A stretch of 64,000 nucleotides of DNA from Ruditapes philippinarum (taxonomy: Eukaryota). The notes under the pieces were generated by a model. It did not search any database and had not been told where the DNA came from. It saw nothing but the letters and a program-made list of their open reading frames with translations. Position 1 is the first letter of the stretch; the number at the start of each line of letters is the position of its first letter. The stretch is taken from contig NW_026858416.1 of assembly GCF_026571515.1 (NCBI RefSeq), positions 62,001-126,000 of the forward strand, in the 5' to 3' direction. The translations under genes were made by a program, and so were the position numbers. This document shows positions 50,498-63,545 of the stretch, piece by piece.

Positions 50498-52923
50498 GAT
50501 GTCAATTGTTAAATGTCAAAAAATGTTCAAATTAAACAATGTTAATAAATCTCTAGAAAAGAGTTGTACTAAAATGATTTGAATATGGTTTAATATTTTG
50601 CAAAAATGAGGAAAAACACATTTAAACACGTTTTCGGGAAATTTTATATAGACACATAGGCAACATAAAAACTGTTCATCAGTTCTACTTCATGACAAGT
50701 TTAAAGAAATTTTATTGAACAGTTTAAATCATACCTATATGTATATATGAAAACTTCCTAAAACGCCTTTAATAATATTTATTAGGATGAACCCATTTAA
50801 AATGTCCAGGTGATGTATGTATATTTACCATGAATGCAAATTTCGAAACTTCTGTTGTTGAATAGATTCATTTGTGATCAAGGAACCTTCCCTGTAGTAC
50901 CTTCGTTACGGATCTCTTTTACGACACTTAGGTGTAAATTATCAGATTCACTAATGTGCTAGAAACTATAGATTGTGAAGAACGTGATAGCATGTATCAA
51001 AAATATGAATAGTTAAATTTGACATTTAAACAAACATCAGAACTAGCCTAAAAAGGATGACGGAACAGTCTCATATGTGAGTTATGACTTCTGTCTTTGA
51101 TGATCGGGAATACTGCATCACGGGATATTAAGATTGTAGACAAATGCTAAAAGCTTTGACCTTTAAATTCGCAGAGAATGCTCACTATAAGATTAACTAT
51201 AAGTCGTCCGACAAATTGTAACTTGAGTATCGTACTTAACTAAAGCCCTTTGTCATCTTTTTTAACAAACATCTAATGGGTCTAAACCTACTGATGTTTT
51301 AGGTGATTAACTATAAATTATTACGCATTATAAACATTATTTTTTCTTACTATTATGTGTTTACTTGATGCTGTTGACTATCAAGGAAATATCATTTCGT
51401 TTTCGATGCCAAATCACAATCCGATATTGATAATTTCGTCATTATGATGTAATTGAAACATTGAAAACTATTACAAGCTATTTATAATTTCGGGCGGAAT
51501 TACAACTAATTGATTGCTTACATCATTTATAGCATAGAACAATTAAATAGAACCCTAAGAATCCCCAAAAAAGTAAGTACTTAAGTTTATTTAAAATACA
51601 TACCTTAACAAATATCAAGATCTAATGGATTGGGTATCTATTCAACTGTAAAGAAAACTGTTTTACGTACAAAATGTATTGTAATCTAATAATCGATGTC
51701 AACCACTATAATTTCTATACTGTAGAGAAATGCTGTTTTAACGATAATTAATGATGATTATAACCAGTATTTCCATAATCATTATAATTATATCATAAAA
51801 ATGCTATTTTTACTTTGTTTACACAACTCCGTCGTCACCTTTCCTTCCTACTTTTATGTTTTCAGTATTCATCTAATAGTTTTATAGATTTTACGTCTAC
51901 AAAATTTGTACTTGAGAACCATCATCAACATTGAAAGAGACCACCACCATAAAGTTAAAATAGATTTATTAGAATTGTTATACTTAAACTTCATGTCAGG
52001 CTAAGTCTAGGATACATTTATTCTTTATTAATACAGAATTATTGTATATTTCATCTACTGTACTTTCGAAAGATATTCCACATTATGAATATATTAGGAT
52101 AAGTATGAAAGAATAAAGCATTTAATTTGTAATAACTTGTAATAACTTTAATTATGCTTCTTTTTACGTTAACCGGTTAAGTTAAGATAATGTCAACTTT
52201 TTCAATTAAATGGCATTTGATCCCTCACAGAAATCAATTAAATGAACACAATATTTAGATTCATGGTACATGTATGTCTGGCACTGATTCAATCCGTTAA
52301 AGAGCATCAAAATACAAAAAGAAACAGTTGAAACGGTTTAAAATAATTGATATGCCTCAGAGCGTTGCAAAAGTAGGTAACACAATGGCTTGTTTTTGGA
52401 GGTTTTTGTTGTTGTTGTTTTTGTTAATGATGCCTCGGTGTTTTTAAACTTTTTACCTGTTTATGAAAAAATACTTTTGATTAGCCATGAATATGACAGT
52501 TTTCACACGCGGTCGTTTTCGCTTATATGAATATAGGAAAACTTTGAAAATCTGCCTCCAAAATGCTGATAATTTGAAGAATACATGTATATTTTTCACA
52601 GAATTAGTCCTGGGACGCCATCTATGACATAAATTTATGTCAAAACAGAACAAAAAACAAAACACATACACACGCATGCATACTCAGACACACGAACACA
52701 TACACACTAATCAAGGCCCTTCGGTGTTATGTTGCCCTAAATGTATTAATGGAACACCTCGAGAATCGTTAAAATCATCTCGGACTTAATACGAATTGAA
52801 AATAGCCATATAACGTGACTTCAAAAATGAGCGTATATCATTATTAAGTAATGTATTTTGTGACATCCAAATGGAAATAAAGTCCATTTCGGTAGAATTA
52901 TTATTTAAAAAAAAAAGTCTGAC

Positions 52924-52980
52924 AACAATTGGCATTTCTAGATTGAGTCTGATTGACACAATCTAGAAATGCCAATTGTT
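52924..52980. repeat. 26-bp-arm hairpin (local inverted duplication)
   Basis: AACAATTGGCATTTCTAGATTGAGTC-tgatt-GACACAATCTAGAAATGCCAATTGTT (25/26 complementary). Confidence 0.85.
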
Positions 52981-53959
52981 GCACAATTATATCCAAATAT
53001 GATATATTTTCAACAGGTTAACATTAGCAAATTCGGTTTATAGAAATATAGTAATAAATAATATATAAATAGTGTACTGTCTAATATCTATCAATTTACT
53101 TAATTCAGGTGGATTTTAAAGTTATGTACCACGTTTTAATGACTTCATGAATTTGTTTATATGTTACGGATGTGTAGCGTAGGTACAAAATACCGCATCG
53201 GCTTTGTTTAAATTATATTACACTACAATATATTTTAGGTCCTAAATGGCTAAAAAGTTGCAATTGTGTATGTTTATTAAGAACCTTTTTGTATATTTTA
53301 TCATAAACTACTGTAAATTTGATGCATAGTCAACATGAACACGTTTTAGTTGTTTTTCCTGTTACTATTGTATAATAGCTGTTTGGTGTATATTTTAATA
53401 TAACGTAAACACAGGTTATATATTACTAACTAATCGATAGGAGTGATATTGTAATAGTTCCAAACAGTTGGAAGACATGAAGAGATACTTACGTTCTGGA
53501 GCGTGTCCAAAATCACAACAGTTACTGTAAGTTTCTGTTAATAAAAGTTTATTAAAATTAAAATTTAAGATATTTAGAATTCGCCATTCAGTGTACCTTG
53601 AAGAATAGATATTTGTAGACCAGTCAGATTAAAAAATAAAAGTGTTTGAAAATATACGAATTAATAAAGTTAATAAATTTTGGCAACGTCAACAAACGAT
53701 CAAGGTATTTTGACACTCTAAATATATATAGTTTAATGATAACACTTGACAAGCGATCGTTCTTCCAAATCAACGGAGTCTCTTTTGTTTTAAATGCTTT
53801 CTTTGTATTGTACTACAAGCAAAAACAGAAAGAGATTAAGCGGATCATTTGTATTAGTATTACTAAACATTTTAGTGTTAACATTTAAGGAGATATAAAA
53901 CTAACGGCATATCTAACTGCTTGGGATGTGGATTGTTGAAATACAGGGTAAGTTAAGGT

Positions 53960-54669
53960 ATGGCAAGCCATGAAAATAAAACTGCTAAAATAAGACCAGG
54001 ATCAAATGAAGATGCTGAAGATGAATTTTCAAGTTTGTATGTTTCAATCCGAGAACCTCTTTCTATATTATGTGAAACTAGCAGACCATCAATGTCAAGT
54101 TCATTCCTAACTGTCCAAGATTCTCATAGTGAAGACGTCAATGTCTATAGTGAAATTGCAGACGAGGATGTTAAAGATGAAACATATCATTTACATTTAA
54201 TTGGCGAGGTAAATAAATCGGAGGTGAATATCAGCAAAGAAAACATAGCAGAACAATTTTTAAATTGCGAAAAGGCAGATGCAGAAGATGACTTTTCAAA
54301 AGTATATGCTTCAATCCGAGGGCCTCTTCCTTCAGTGTGTGAAACTAGCAGACGATCAATTTCAAGTTCATTCCTAACTGTCAAAGGTTCTCATAGTGAA
54401 GACGTCAATGTCTATAGTGAAATTGCAGAGGAGGATGTTAAAAATGAAACATATCATTTACCTTGTATTGGCGAGGTAAACAAAACGGAGGTGAATATCA
54501 GCAAAGAAAACATAGCAGAACAATGTTCAAAATGCGAAAAGGCAGATGCCACCCATTTCTGCAGAAGCTGTAGACACGCTCGTCAATATATGTGTTATGT
54601 TTGTCTTAAAGATCACAACCATTGGCACGATGATCATGTTGTTGTCACTTTATCTGTGAAAAATGAAGG
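53960..54669 (+). CDS. Paralogue D exon 1: duplicated acidic/Ser-rich head + B-box1-like finger (591-aa spliced product)
   Basis: MASHENK...CSKC-x8-CRSC-x7-CYVC-x3-H-x6-H; donor GAAGG|GTATGT. Confidence 0.85.
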
Positions 54670-54926
54670 GTATGTTTTGTACATCCAACTAAAATCTCAA
54701 TCAAATATTTGCGATAAAATATCACTCTGTAATGTCTAAATGTTTCCTCAATTTTGTTTGCAACATATATTGCGTTTGGCAACTTACATTATATTTTTCT
54801 GGAAGTATACTTCTGAATTACTTTTAAACACTTTTCATTGATATTAAATTAGATACAAATTCTTTATTAACAATGTTGGCTGGTTTTGTAAAATTACTTT
54901 TATACATCGTCCTTTGCTTTTTAAAG

Positions 54927-55992
54927 AAATTTAGAACTGCCAGCAAAAGACTTAAATAAAACAGAAACAAGCAAAGAAGAAAATCTCAGACAACTTAAAA
55001 TGGTTGCGTTCTCAAAATTGCCTTCGAAAGTTGACAAGGACGGTGATCAGAACAAAAAGAAAAATATTGTAACAGACATATCAACTAGATCAACAGAAAT
55101 AAATGAAAGCCATAAACCTTTAAATCAAGGCGGACAAGTAATCAGCAAGAAATTTAACAAGGACGAGTTCTATCCGAGCATAGCACACGAATTAAAAACA
55201 AAGCAGCGATGCAAATCTGATGGTCAATTTCAAAAGGACGGAATATACTCGATACGAACGAGTTCTGATACAAAGACATGTGCTATTTCAGGGATAGTCC
55301 AGCTAAAAAATAAAAAGGTGTTACTGGCTGACTCTAAAAACAGTAATCTCAAAATTTTAAATGAAGAAACCTTTAAAATTATTGGTTCTCATACATTACC
55401 TAGTAGTCCATACTCAATGTGCTACGTTAAAGAAAACAGGGTTATCGTCGCATGTATAAACTATAAATTTCACTTAGTCGATTTTAATGGTGAAATAGAC
55501 ATTCAGTTATTGTTTGAAATCAAACATTTGTTTAATGGTATCGCTTTTGCTAAACAAAAATTATTCGGATGCACATCTGACACAGTCGAAGTATTTAGCG
55601 GTACAGGCAAACAAATTTCTAAATTGAAACCTGTCGATGTAACCAATATTGAGGACGTGTGTGTAAGCAAAGAAGGAGACATCATTTATTGTGCTGATGA
55701 GAAGAAAGGCTTAGTTGTTCTCGACAAACATGGAACTGTTGTATATATCATATCGGAAAATTTATGCCAACCCTATAGACTGTGTCATGGACAACGAGGA
55801 TACATTTTTGTTACAGAAACAAATTCTGATAGGGTGATGAGATTTGATATACATCGAAAAGATGTGGGACAAATTGGAAATGATGATATTTTTATTTATA
55901 GCCATATTTCTTTGTGCCATGAGAAGAGAAACTATAGACTAATAGTTGCTGTGTGGCAAAGTGACAAAATACATGTTTATACTTTTATGTGA
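54927..55992 (+). CDS. Paralogue D exon 2: linker + NHL-like beta-propeller
   Basis: Acceptor TTAAAG|AAATTTAG at the homologous position; the join is in frame (710+1066=1776 nt) with no stops. Confidence 0.85.
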
Positions 55993-56708
55993 TGTATTCG
56001 TACTATGATCGACGTACAAGTTCTATAGAAACAATTTATATAAAAAAAAACATTTTAACGAATATAACAATAATTATTAATTATAATATATATTTAACCT
56101 TTATCTTTTTAAAAGTATGTGATATGCCTTTAGTTTCTACCAAAAAAAAAGAGAGAATAATTTGACATATACATTCATGCATTTTTAACATTTAAATATA
56201 AAAAGAAAATTATAATCAGTCCGTTTTATGACTATAAAATAAAAGAATTGTTTCTTTGTGGCTTCGTTTTCCCATGTATTGTTTCATATTTCTGTAACAA
56301 TATTTGCAAAAAATAAAGTTATATTTGTATATCAGTACTAGCCTAAAATTGAAGTTTGTTTTCAAAACAAAAAATTAAAAGCAATTATTGAATCAATAGT
56401 ATTGTACGACGTACTTATTTTATAAGTTAAGTACTATTTTTTACATTTAGCCGATATCAGTTTTTAAAAAGGTAATAAATACCTTATAGTATTAAGTTAA
56501 CAAGGTATTTGAAATGTATTTTGTTACACTATGAATCTTTGTTCTTGTGTTTGTAATATATTTTATGTTTTAATGAAGACATAACCTCAATTTAAACCTA
56601 ATATATCACTGAGATCATTAGATCTGTGTTAATTTTCGCTCAATATGATACAAACAAGTGCCTGCGATGTAAAGATATATTTAATACCATGTTAATAGTA
56701 TTAAATAA

Positions 56709-57086
56709 GTAATAGAAAGAGCATCGAAACACGAGGCTATCTGATTTGTACGAAGGGGCGTAGCCCCCGAGTATAAATCAGATTGCCGAGTGTTTTGATG
56801 TTCTTTCTCTTTTGTATCATAGTCAGACATAAAAACTCGTTCCCTGTTGTCACAACATGAAATCCGAGAAACAAGTAACCAATGAATGAGCATCTGAATA
56901 TGATATTTCTGTCGCTTTCCCTTTCTCTGCCGTCACAATAAGTAAACCGCGGCAAAAATGACCCAATCGATGTGCATGCTCTGGAGTGCGGGTAACTAAT
57001 ACCTGCACTCCAGTAAACGCATAGTATATGTATACGATTTAACTCGGACACATTTTCAACAGAAAGGTCCCCAAACTATGATACAA
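56709..57086. mobile_element. ~380-bp insertion with a terminal long hairpin, absent from duplicate E
   Basis: E reads gtattaaataacattgaataa. The D insert begins with a hairpin GAAAGAGCATCGAAACAC...GGGGCgtaGCCCC...GTGTTTTGATGTTCTTTC (56715-56807). Confidence 0.65.
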
Positions 57087-57350
57087 CATTGAATAATTAT
57101 TGAATATGATTGTATTATGAAGTCGATCGTATTAATTGTATCCATACCGATACGTTTGACATAGTTTATTTTGAGTTTTAAAACTTTTTTTCTAAAGTAT
57201 AATGGATTTGACCAGCCACAAAATGCTCTTCAAAAGTACACTACTGACGTCAAAGCAAGCCAGGAGAAAGCATGTTCAGATTGCAGGATGGGGTCGAAGG
57301 GGACGGATTTTTCGGTGAGAAATAATCAATAATTTGTAATATAATTTGTA

Positions 57351-58292
57351 CAGTAAAAACTCGCTAATGAGACCAATGAAGGGACTTTACAAATCTGGTC
57401 TTAATAGCGGGTTGGTCTCATTAATGAGTTTGGCCAAACAGAAAACTAGGCAATATATTAAGGGATACCATGTACTGTACACATGTTTAATTCTGGGCTA
57501 ACCTATTTCAAATGAGAAGATATAAAGCATACACTATTATTTTTTTATTTTCATTTATTTTCTTTTACTTTTTAACATTATAAATTTTTTTAACTTCTTT
57601 AGAGGTACAAAATGTATTATGAATGTCTTTAAACACAAACATATTTTAACATTCTTATTAAAAGAATGACACGACTTACTCTATTAAATCACCATTTTAC
57701 TACAAAGCACACCGAACAATAAACCTTTAATTATTTTCACAGTTTTCATCGCCGATAACAACTTCAAAAACCTAATCGTATTTTGTTTAAAATTATGGAA
57801 CGAAAGAGATAATGATAGCAGCAACACCTCTAAAAAACTTATTGAAAGTTTTCTGTTCAATACTTTGTTGTTTTAATTCCCCAGTTATGACATTAAAGGT
57901 GTGAAATTAAGAAATTATCGACAATATTATTGATCATTTCCGGGTTTGATACAAAGTAACCTTGACTCTCTGTCGTAAACGGGATGTCGTTAAATGTCGT
58001 AAAACTAGGACAACTGTTGTTTACATCACGTGTCAAAAAGATTTCAGCAATATACACGCATGTCAATATCAAGGTGAGAAAGTGCCCGCGGTCGTATTTA
58101 TGGGTGTCCAAATGTACATAATTTACGAAATGGGACTGAATTTACTGGTCGCATTACGGAATAACGGGGTGGTCTCAAAATCGGGGTTAGCGACCATTAA
58201 AATAAAGAATAAAAAATTCGGGTCTTTAAAAAATCGTTCGTATTAGCGGGTTGGTCTCGAAAACGGGGTGGTCGTAAAGCGGGTTTTTACTG
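57351..58292. mobile_element. Non-autonomous Tc1/mariner-superfamily-type DNA transposon (TA TSD)
   Basis: TA|CAGTAAAAACTCGCT ... AGCGGGTTTTTACTG|TA, with subterminal repeats of gcgggttggtctc. Confidence 0.85.
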
Positions 58293-60177
58293 TAATAGCT
58301 TGTAAAAACTTTTAATATGTTTCCTTTTACGTTAACAAGTTAAGTTAAGATGATGTCAACATTTTCAATTATCATTTACATTTACATTTGATCCCTCGCG
58401 GAAATCAATTAAATGAACACAAGATTAAAATTCATGTTACGACTGGCACTGATGCAGTTCGTTAAAACAACAAATTAAAATGCCCCTCAGATGAACACAA
58501 ATATAAGTGTATTACTGAAAAGAACTGTTGATTGCAACATCAAAATACAAAAAGAAACAGTTGAAACGGCTTGAAATAATTGATATGTCTAACAGCGTTG
58601 CAAAAGCAGGTAACGTAATTTTTTGTTGTTTTTGTTTTTCTTAATGATGCCCCGGTGTTTTTTTCAAGGTTTTTAACCTGTTTATGAAACATTAATTTTG
58701 ATTACCCATGACTATGACAGCTCTCACGTGCGTTCGTTTTCGATTATATGAATAAATGAAAACTTTGAAAATTTGCGTCCAAAATGCTGAAAGTTTGACT
58801 AAATACATGTATAGTTTTCACAGAATTAGTCCTGGGACGCCATCTATGAGATAAATTTATGTAATAACAGAACAATAAAACAAAACACATACACACGCAC
58901 GCATAGTCAGACACACGTACACATACAGACACATACACACTAATCAAGGCCCTTCGGTGTTATGTTTCCCTAAAATGCATCAATCAAAACACCTCGAAAA
59001 TTGTTATAATCATTTCGAACTTAATACGAATTGAAAAAAGCTATATCACGTGACTTCAAAAATGAGCGTATATCATTATTAACTAATGTACTTTGTGACA
59101 TCCAAATGGAAATAAAGTCTATTTCGGTAAAATTATGACTGAAAAAATGTCTGACAATCAGATTCAATATAGAAATGCCTATTATTATATCCAAATATGA
59201 TATATCTTCAACAGGTAAACATAAGCAGAATTAGTTTCTAGAAAAATAATAATAAGTACTGTTTAATTTGTATATCTATCAATTTTCTTAATTAATTCAA
59301 CTGGACTTTGACATGATGTGTGGAATACACGTGGTCAACAACTCCCACCTTATAATTATTTCATGATTTGTTTATATGATTAGGATTTGTAGCGTACGTT
59401 AGACCAAAATACCGCATCGGCTCTGTGTAAATCATAATAATTATACTACAATTGATTTTAGGTCCTAAAGGGCTGAAAAGTTGCGATCGTTTATGTTTAT
59501 CAAAAACCTTTTTGTACATTTTATCATTGACTACTGTAAATAGGATGCATATTCATCAAGGGCCCGTTTTAGTTGATTTTGCTGTTACTATTGACGTTCT
59601 GTATGATGGCTGTTTTGTGTATATTTTAATATAACGTAAACACAGGTTATAAAATACTCACTAATCGAGTACTTGTAATAGTTCCAAACTTTTGGAAGAA
59701 ATGAATAGATACTAGCGTCATGAAGTGAGTCCAAAAACACAACAGTTACTGTAAGTTTTCTGTTAATATATGCTCATTTTCACCTTTTATGATAAAAAGT
59801 TTAAGGTATTTAAAATTCGCCATTTAGGGTACATTGAAGAACAAATATTGGTAGACGAGTATCATTCGCATTTAAAACTATATGAATTAATAAAGTTACG
59901 CAACGTTAACCAACAATTGAGTTTTGAAAGGTATAATGACACTGAAAATATAATTATTATAGTTAAACGTTAATATTTAAGGGGTGATTGTTCTTTTGTT
60001 TTAAATTATGAATAACTGCATTTATTGTATTGTATTACATACGAAACAGGAAGATATTAAGCTGATCATTCGTATTAATAAACTTTAATATTTTTTGTGT
60101 CAAGATTGACATATTGCTTATTATTCTGCCTTGAATGTGGATTGTTAAAATACGTTGTAAGTTTAATAAGTAACGGT

Positions 60178-60608
60178 ATGGCAAGTCGTGAAAATAAAAC
60201 TGCTACAGAAACAGCAGGATCAAATGAAAATGCTGAAGATGACTTTTCAAGTTCGTTTGCTTCAATCCGAGGAGTTCGTTCAGTGTGTGAAACTAGCAGA
60301 CAGACAATGTCAAGTTCAGTCCTAACTGTCAAAGGTTTCCAGAGTGAAGACGGAAATGTCTTAAGTGACATTGCGGAAGCTGATGTTTCATGTCATTCAT
60401 CTTTGTTTGGTGAGGTGAATAGAACAGAGGTGAATATCAGCAAAGAAAAAATAGCAGAACAATGTTTGAAGTGCAGAAAAGTAGAAGCCACCCATTTCTG
60501 CAATGACTGTAGGCACAGACGTCAATATATGTGTTATATTTGTCTTAAAGATCACAACCATTGGCATGAAGATCATGATGTTGTCACTTTATCTGTGAAA
60601 AGTGAAGG
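60178..60608 (+). CDS. Paralogue E exon 1: acidic/Ser-rich head + B-box1-like finger (498-aa spliced product)
   Basis: MASRENK...CLKC..CNDC..CYIC..H..H; donor GAAGG|GTATGT. Confidence 0.85.
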
Positions 60609-60891
60609 GTATGTTTCGTAAATAGAACTATAATTTCAATATAAGTTGTTTGCGATAAGATATATTAATTTGTAATGTCTTCATGTTTCTTTAATTTTGT
60701 TAAGAACTTCTATTGTGTTTTAGAACCCTTTCATGTAGTATCTACTAACGTTATAGTGTTGTATAAGTATACTTCTGAATAACTGTTTGACACAATTCAT
60801 TGATATCAAATTAGACACAAATTCGATGATCAACAATTTTAGTGTTGTGAAATTTCTGTTAATATGCATCGTTCTTTTCTTTCTTTTTAAG

Positions 60892-61957
60892 AAATTCAGA
60901 ACTGCCAGCAAAAGACTTAAATAGAACAGGAATAAGCAAAGTCGCAGATCTCCAACAACTTGAAAGGTTCCAGTTCACACAAGTGCCTTCGAAAAGTGAT
61001 ACGGACGGTGATCAGAACGAAAGGAAAAATATTATAAAAGACATGTCAACTAGATCACCAAAAACAAACGAGGTTCGGAAACCTTCAAATCCAGGCAGAC
61101 AAGTAAAAACTACGAAATTTTACAATGACAAACTGCTTTTAGGTATAGCACAAGAAGAATTGGGATGTCTGCAAGCCAAGTTTGGGAAACTTCAAAAATA
61201 CGGAATGTATTATATTCGAACAAATTTTAATACAAAGACGTGTGCTGTTACTGGAATAGTCCAGCTAGACAATAAAAAGTTGATACTGGCTGACTCTGAA
61301 AACAATGAACTCAAAATAATGAATGAAGAAACTTTCAAAATTATTATGACTCATGAATTACCTAGTAATCCATATTTAGTGTGCTTCGTTAAAGAAAATC
61401 AGGTGATCATCGCATGCATTAACTATGAATTTTACTTAGTCGACTTAAATTGTGGAATAGACATTCAGATATTGTTTGAAATTAAACATTTGTTTAAAGG
61501 TATCGCTTGTGCTAAACATAAATTATTCGGATGCACTTCTGACACAGTTGAAGTTTATAACGATACAGGCAAACAAATTTCGAAATTTAAACCTGTCGAT
61601 GTAACCAATATTGAGGACATGTGTGTAAGCAAAGAAGGAGATGTCATTTATTGTGCTGATGAGAAGAAAGGCATAGTTGTTCTTAACAAACATGGAACTG
61701 TTGTTGATATCATATCGGAAAATTTATGCCAACCCTATAGACTATGTCATGGACACCAGGGATACATTTTTGTGACAGAGAAAAATTCTGACAGGGTGAT
61801 GCAAATTGATATACAGCGAAAGAAAGTAGGACAAATTGGAAAGGATGAGTGTTATACAAAGGACAACCCAGTTTCATTGTGTCATGACAACAGAAACAAT
61901 AAACTTATAGTTGCTGTGTGGCAAAGTGACAAAATACATGTTTATACTTGTCTATAG
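60892..61957 (+). CDS. Paralogue E exon 2: linker + NHL-like beta-propeller
   Basis: Acceptor TTTAAG|AAATTCAG; the join is in frame (431+1066=1497 nt). Confidence 0.85.
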
Positions 61958-63545
61958 AATGTATTTGACAAACCACCAAGGACGCAATGAATATATAACA
62001 TTTGAACAAATTTGTTTTACCTTTATCTATCTAAAAAGTATGTGAAATGCCATTAGTTGCGACCAAAATGGGAAAGAATAATTTCACAAATCCAAGATGT
62101 TAATAACTAAATGCTTTTTCTAACATTGAAAAATAAAAAAGTTAATAGCAGTCTATTTTATGACTATACAATAAAATTATTGCTTGCTGTGGCGCTGGAC
62201 TTTTCAATTCTTTTTCCTATGTATTATTTAACGTTAAATATTTTAAAGGTTTATGCAAGTAGAGTATAGTAATATATTTTTCTATTTTTAGCAGATATCA
62301 GTGTTAAAAGGTAATGAATACCTTATAGTATTAAGTTACAAGCGTTCGAAGGGTATTTCGTCTCGCTATGAATCTTTTGTTCTTTTGTTTATATTTGATT
62401 TTATGTTTTAAAGAAGACATAACCTCAATTTAAACCTAATAGATCAATGAGATCATCAGATCTGTATGAATTTTCGCTCAATATGATACAAACACGTGCC
62501 TGCGATTAAAAGATATATTCAATACAATGTTGATTGTATTAAATAACATTGAATAATTATTGAATATGATTGCATTATGAAGTCGATCGTATTAAGTGTA
62601 TTGTTCAAAATACCGATTCGTTTGACATAGATTATTTGGAGTTTTAAAACTTTTCTTTCCTAAAGTATAATGGATTTGACCAGCCACAAAATGTTCTTCA
62701 AAAATATACTACTGACGTCAATGCAGGCCAGGAGAAAGAATGTTCAGATTGCAGGATGGGGTTGGAGGGGAGGGATTGTTCGGTGAGAAAAAAGTCAATA
62801 ATTTGTAATATAAATCGCGGGTAAGGGGGCATCAAAGGTCTTTATTTGTCATATAAATTGGGAAGCGCCAACCAAGACCTTTCATTTACGTAAAAACATG
62901 AATCCAAGAATTGTTGTCTATGAGTAATTCAATATTAAATAAATATTTTGGTATACCTTTAGAAGATTCTGGTAGGGGATTTCCCCCAGGAAAACAATAG
63001 AATTGCGTACTAAATAGTGGCCTCTGGTACACTTTCGGATGCAAAATTTGAAATGAAATCCAGCATTTTCCCTGCAAATATCAGACCTTAACTCATGCAA
63101 GTGTGTTTTGAATTTCTGCTTTTGAATGAGTATGTACAATATTGTTTAGGCACTTGAAGAGTAAATTTTGAAATGATTCCAATGAATAAAATAATTTACA
63201 TCATTGCTTTTACATTATCATTTAGATACAATAATCTTTAGGACAATAGCTTATGGTTGCCTAGAGATAGCCTTATTAAGTAGTTATCGGAGATAATATA
63301 CACTAGTGGCCTTACAAAGGCTTTATTGTTAACTGAATATCATATTGTGACCCAAACCACCTGTTCCTTCCCGTGACATTCAAGGAGATTATTTTACTAT
63401 TAAACTGACACTAAATCCACAAAGGCTTTTTTATAATTTTTACCCTATTTTATTCTGACCCTTGAAATTGATGTCTGCACTTACCAAGATTCAGACATGC
63501 AACGACCGGGTTTTAATTACTATTACTACAGAAATAAACACAATT

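Noticed and set aside
54670-54739. ORF tails after EG-YV in each exon-1 ORF
   Set aside because: Read-through into the intron; a conserved GG|GTATGT donor is present in all five copies.
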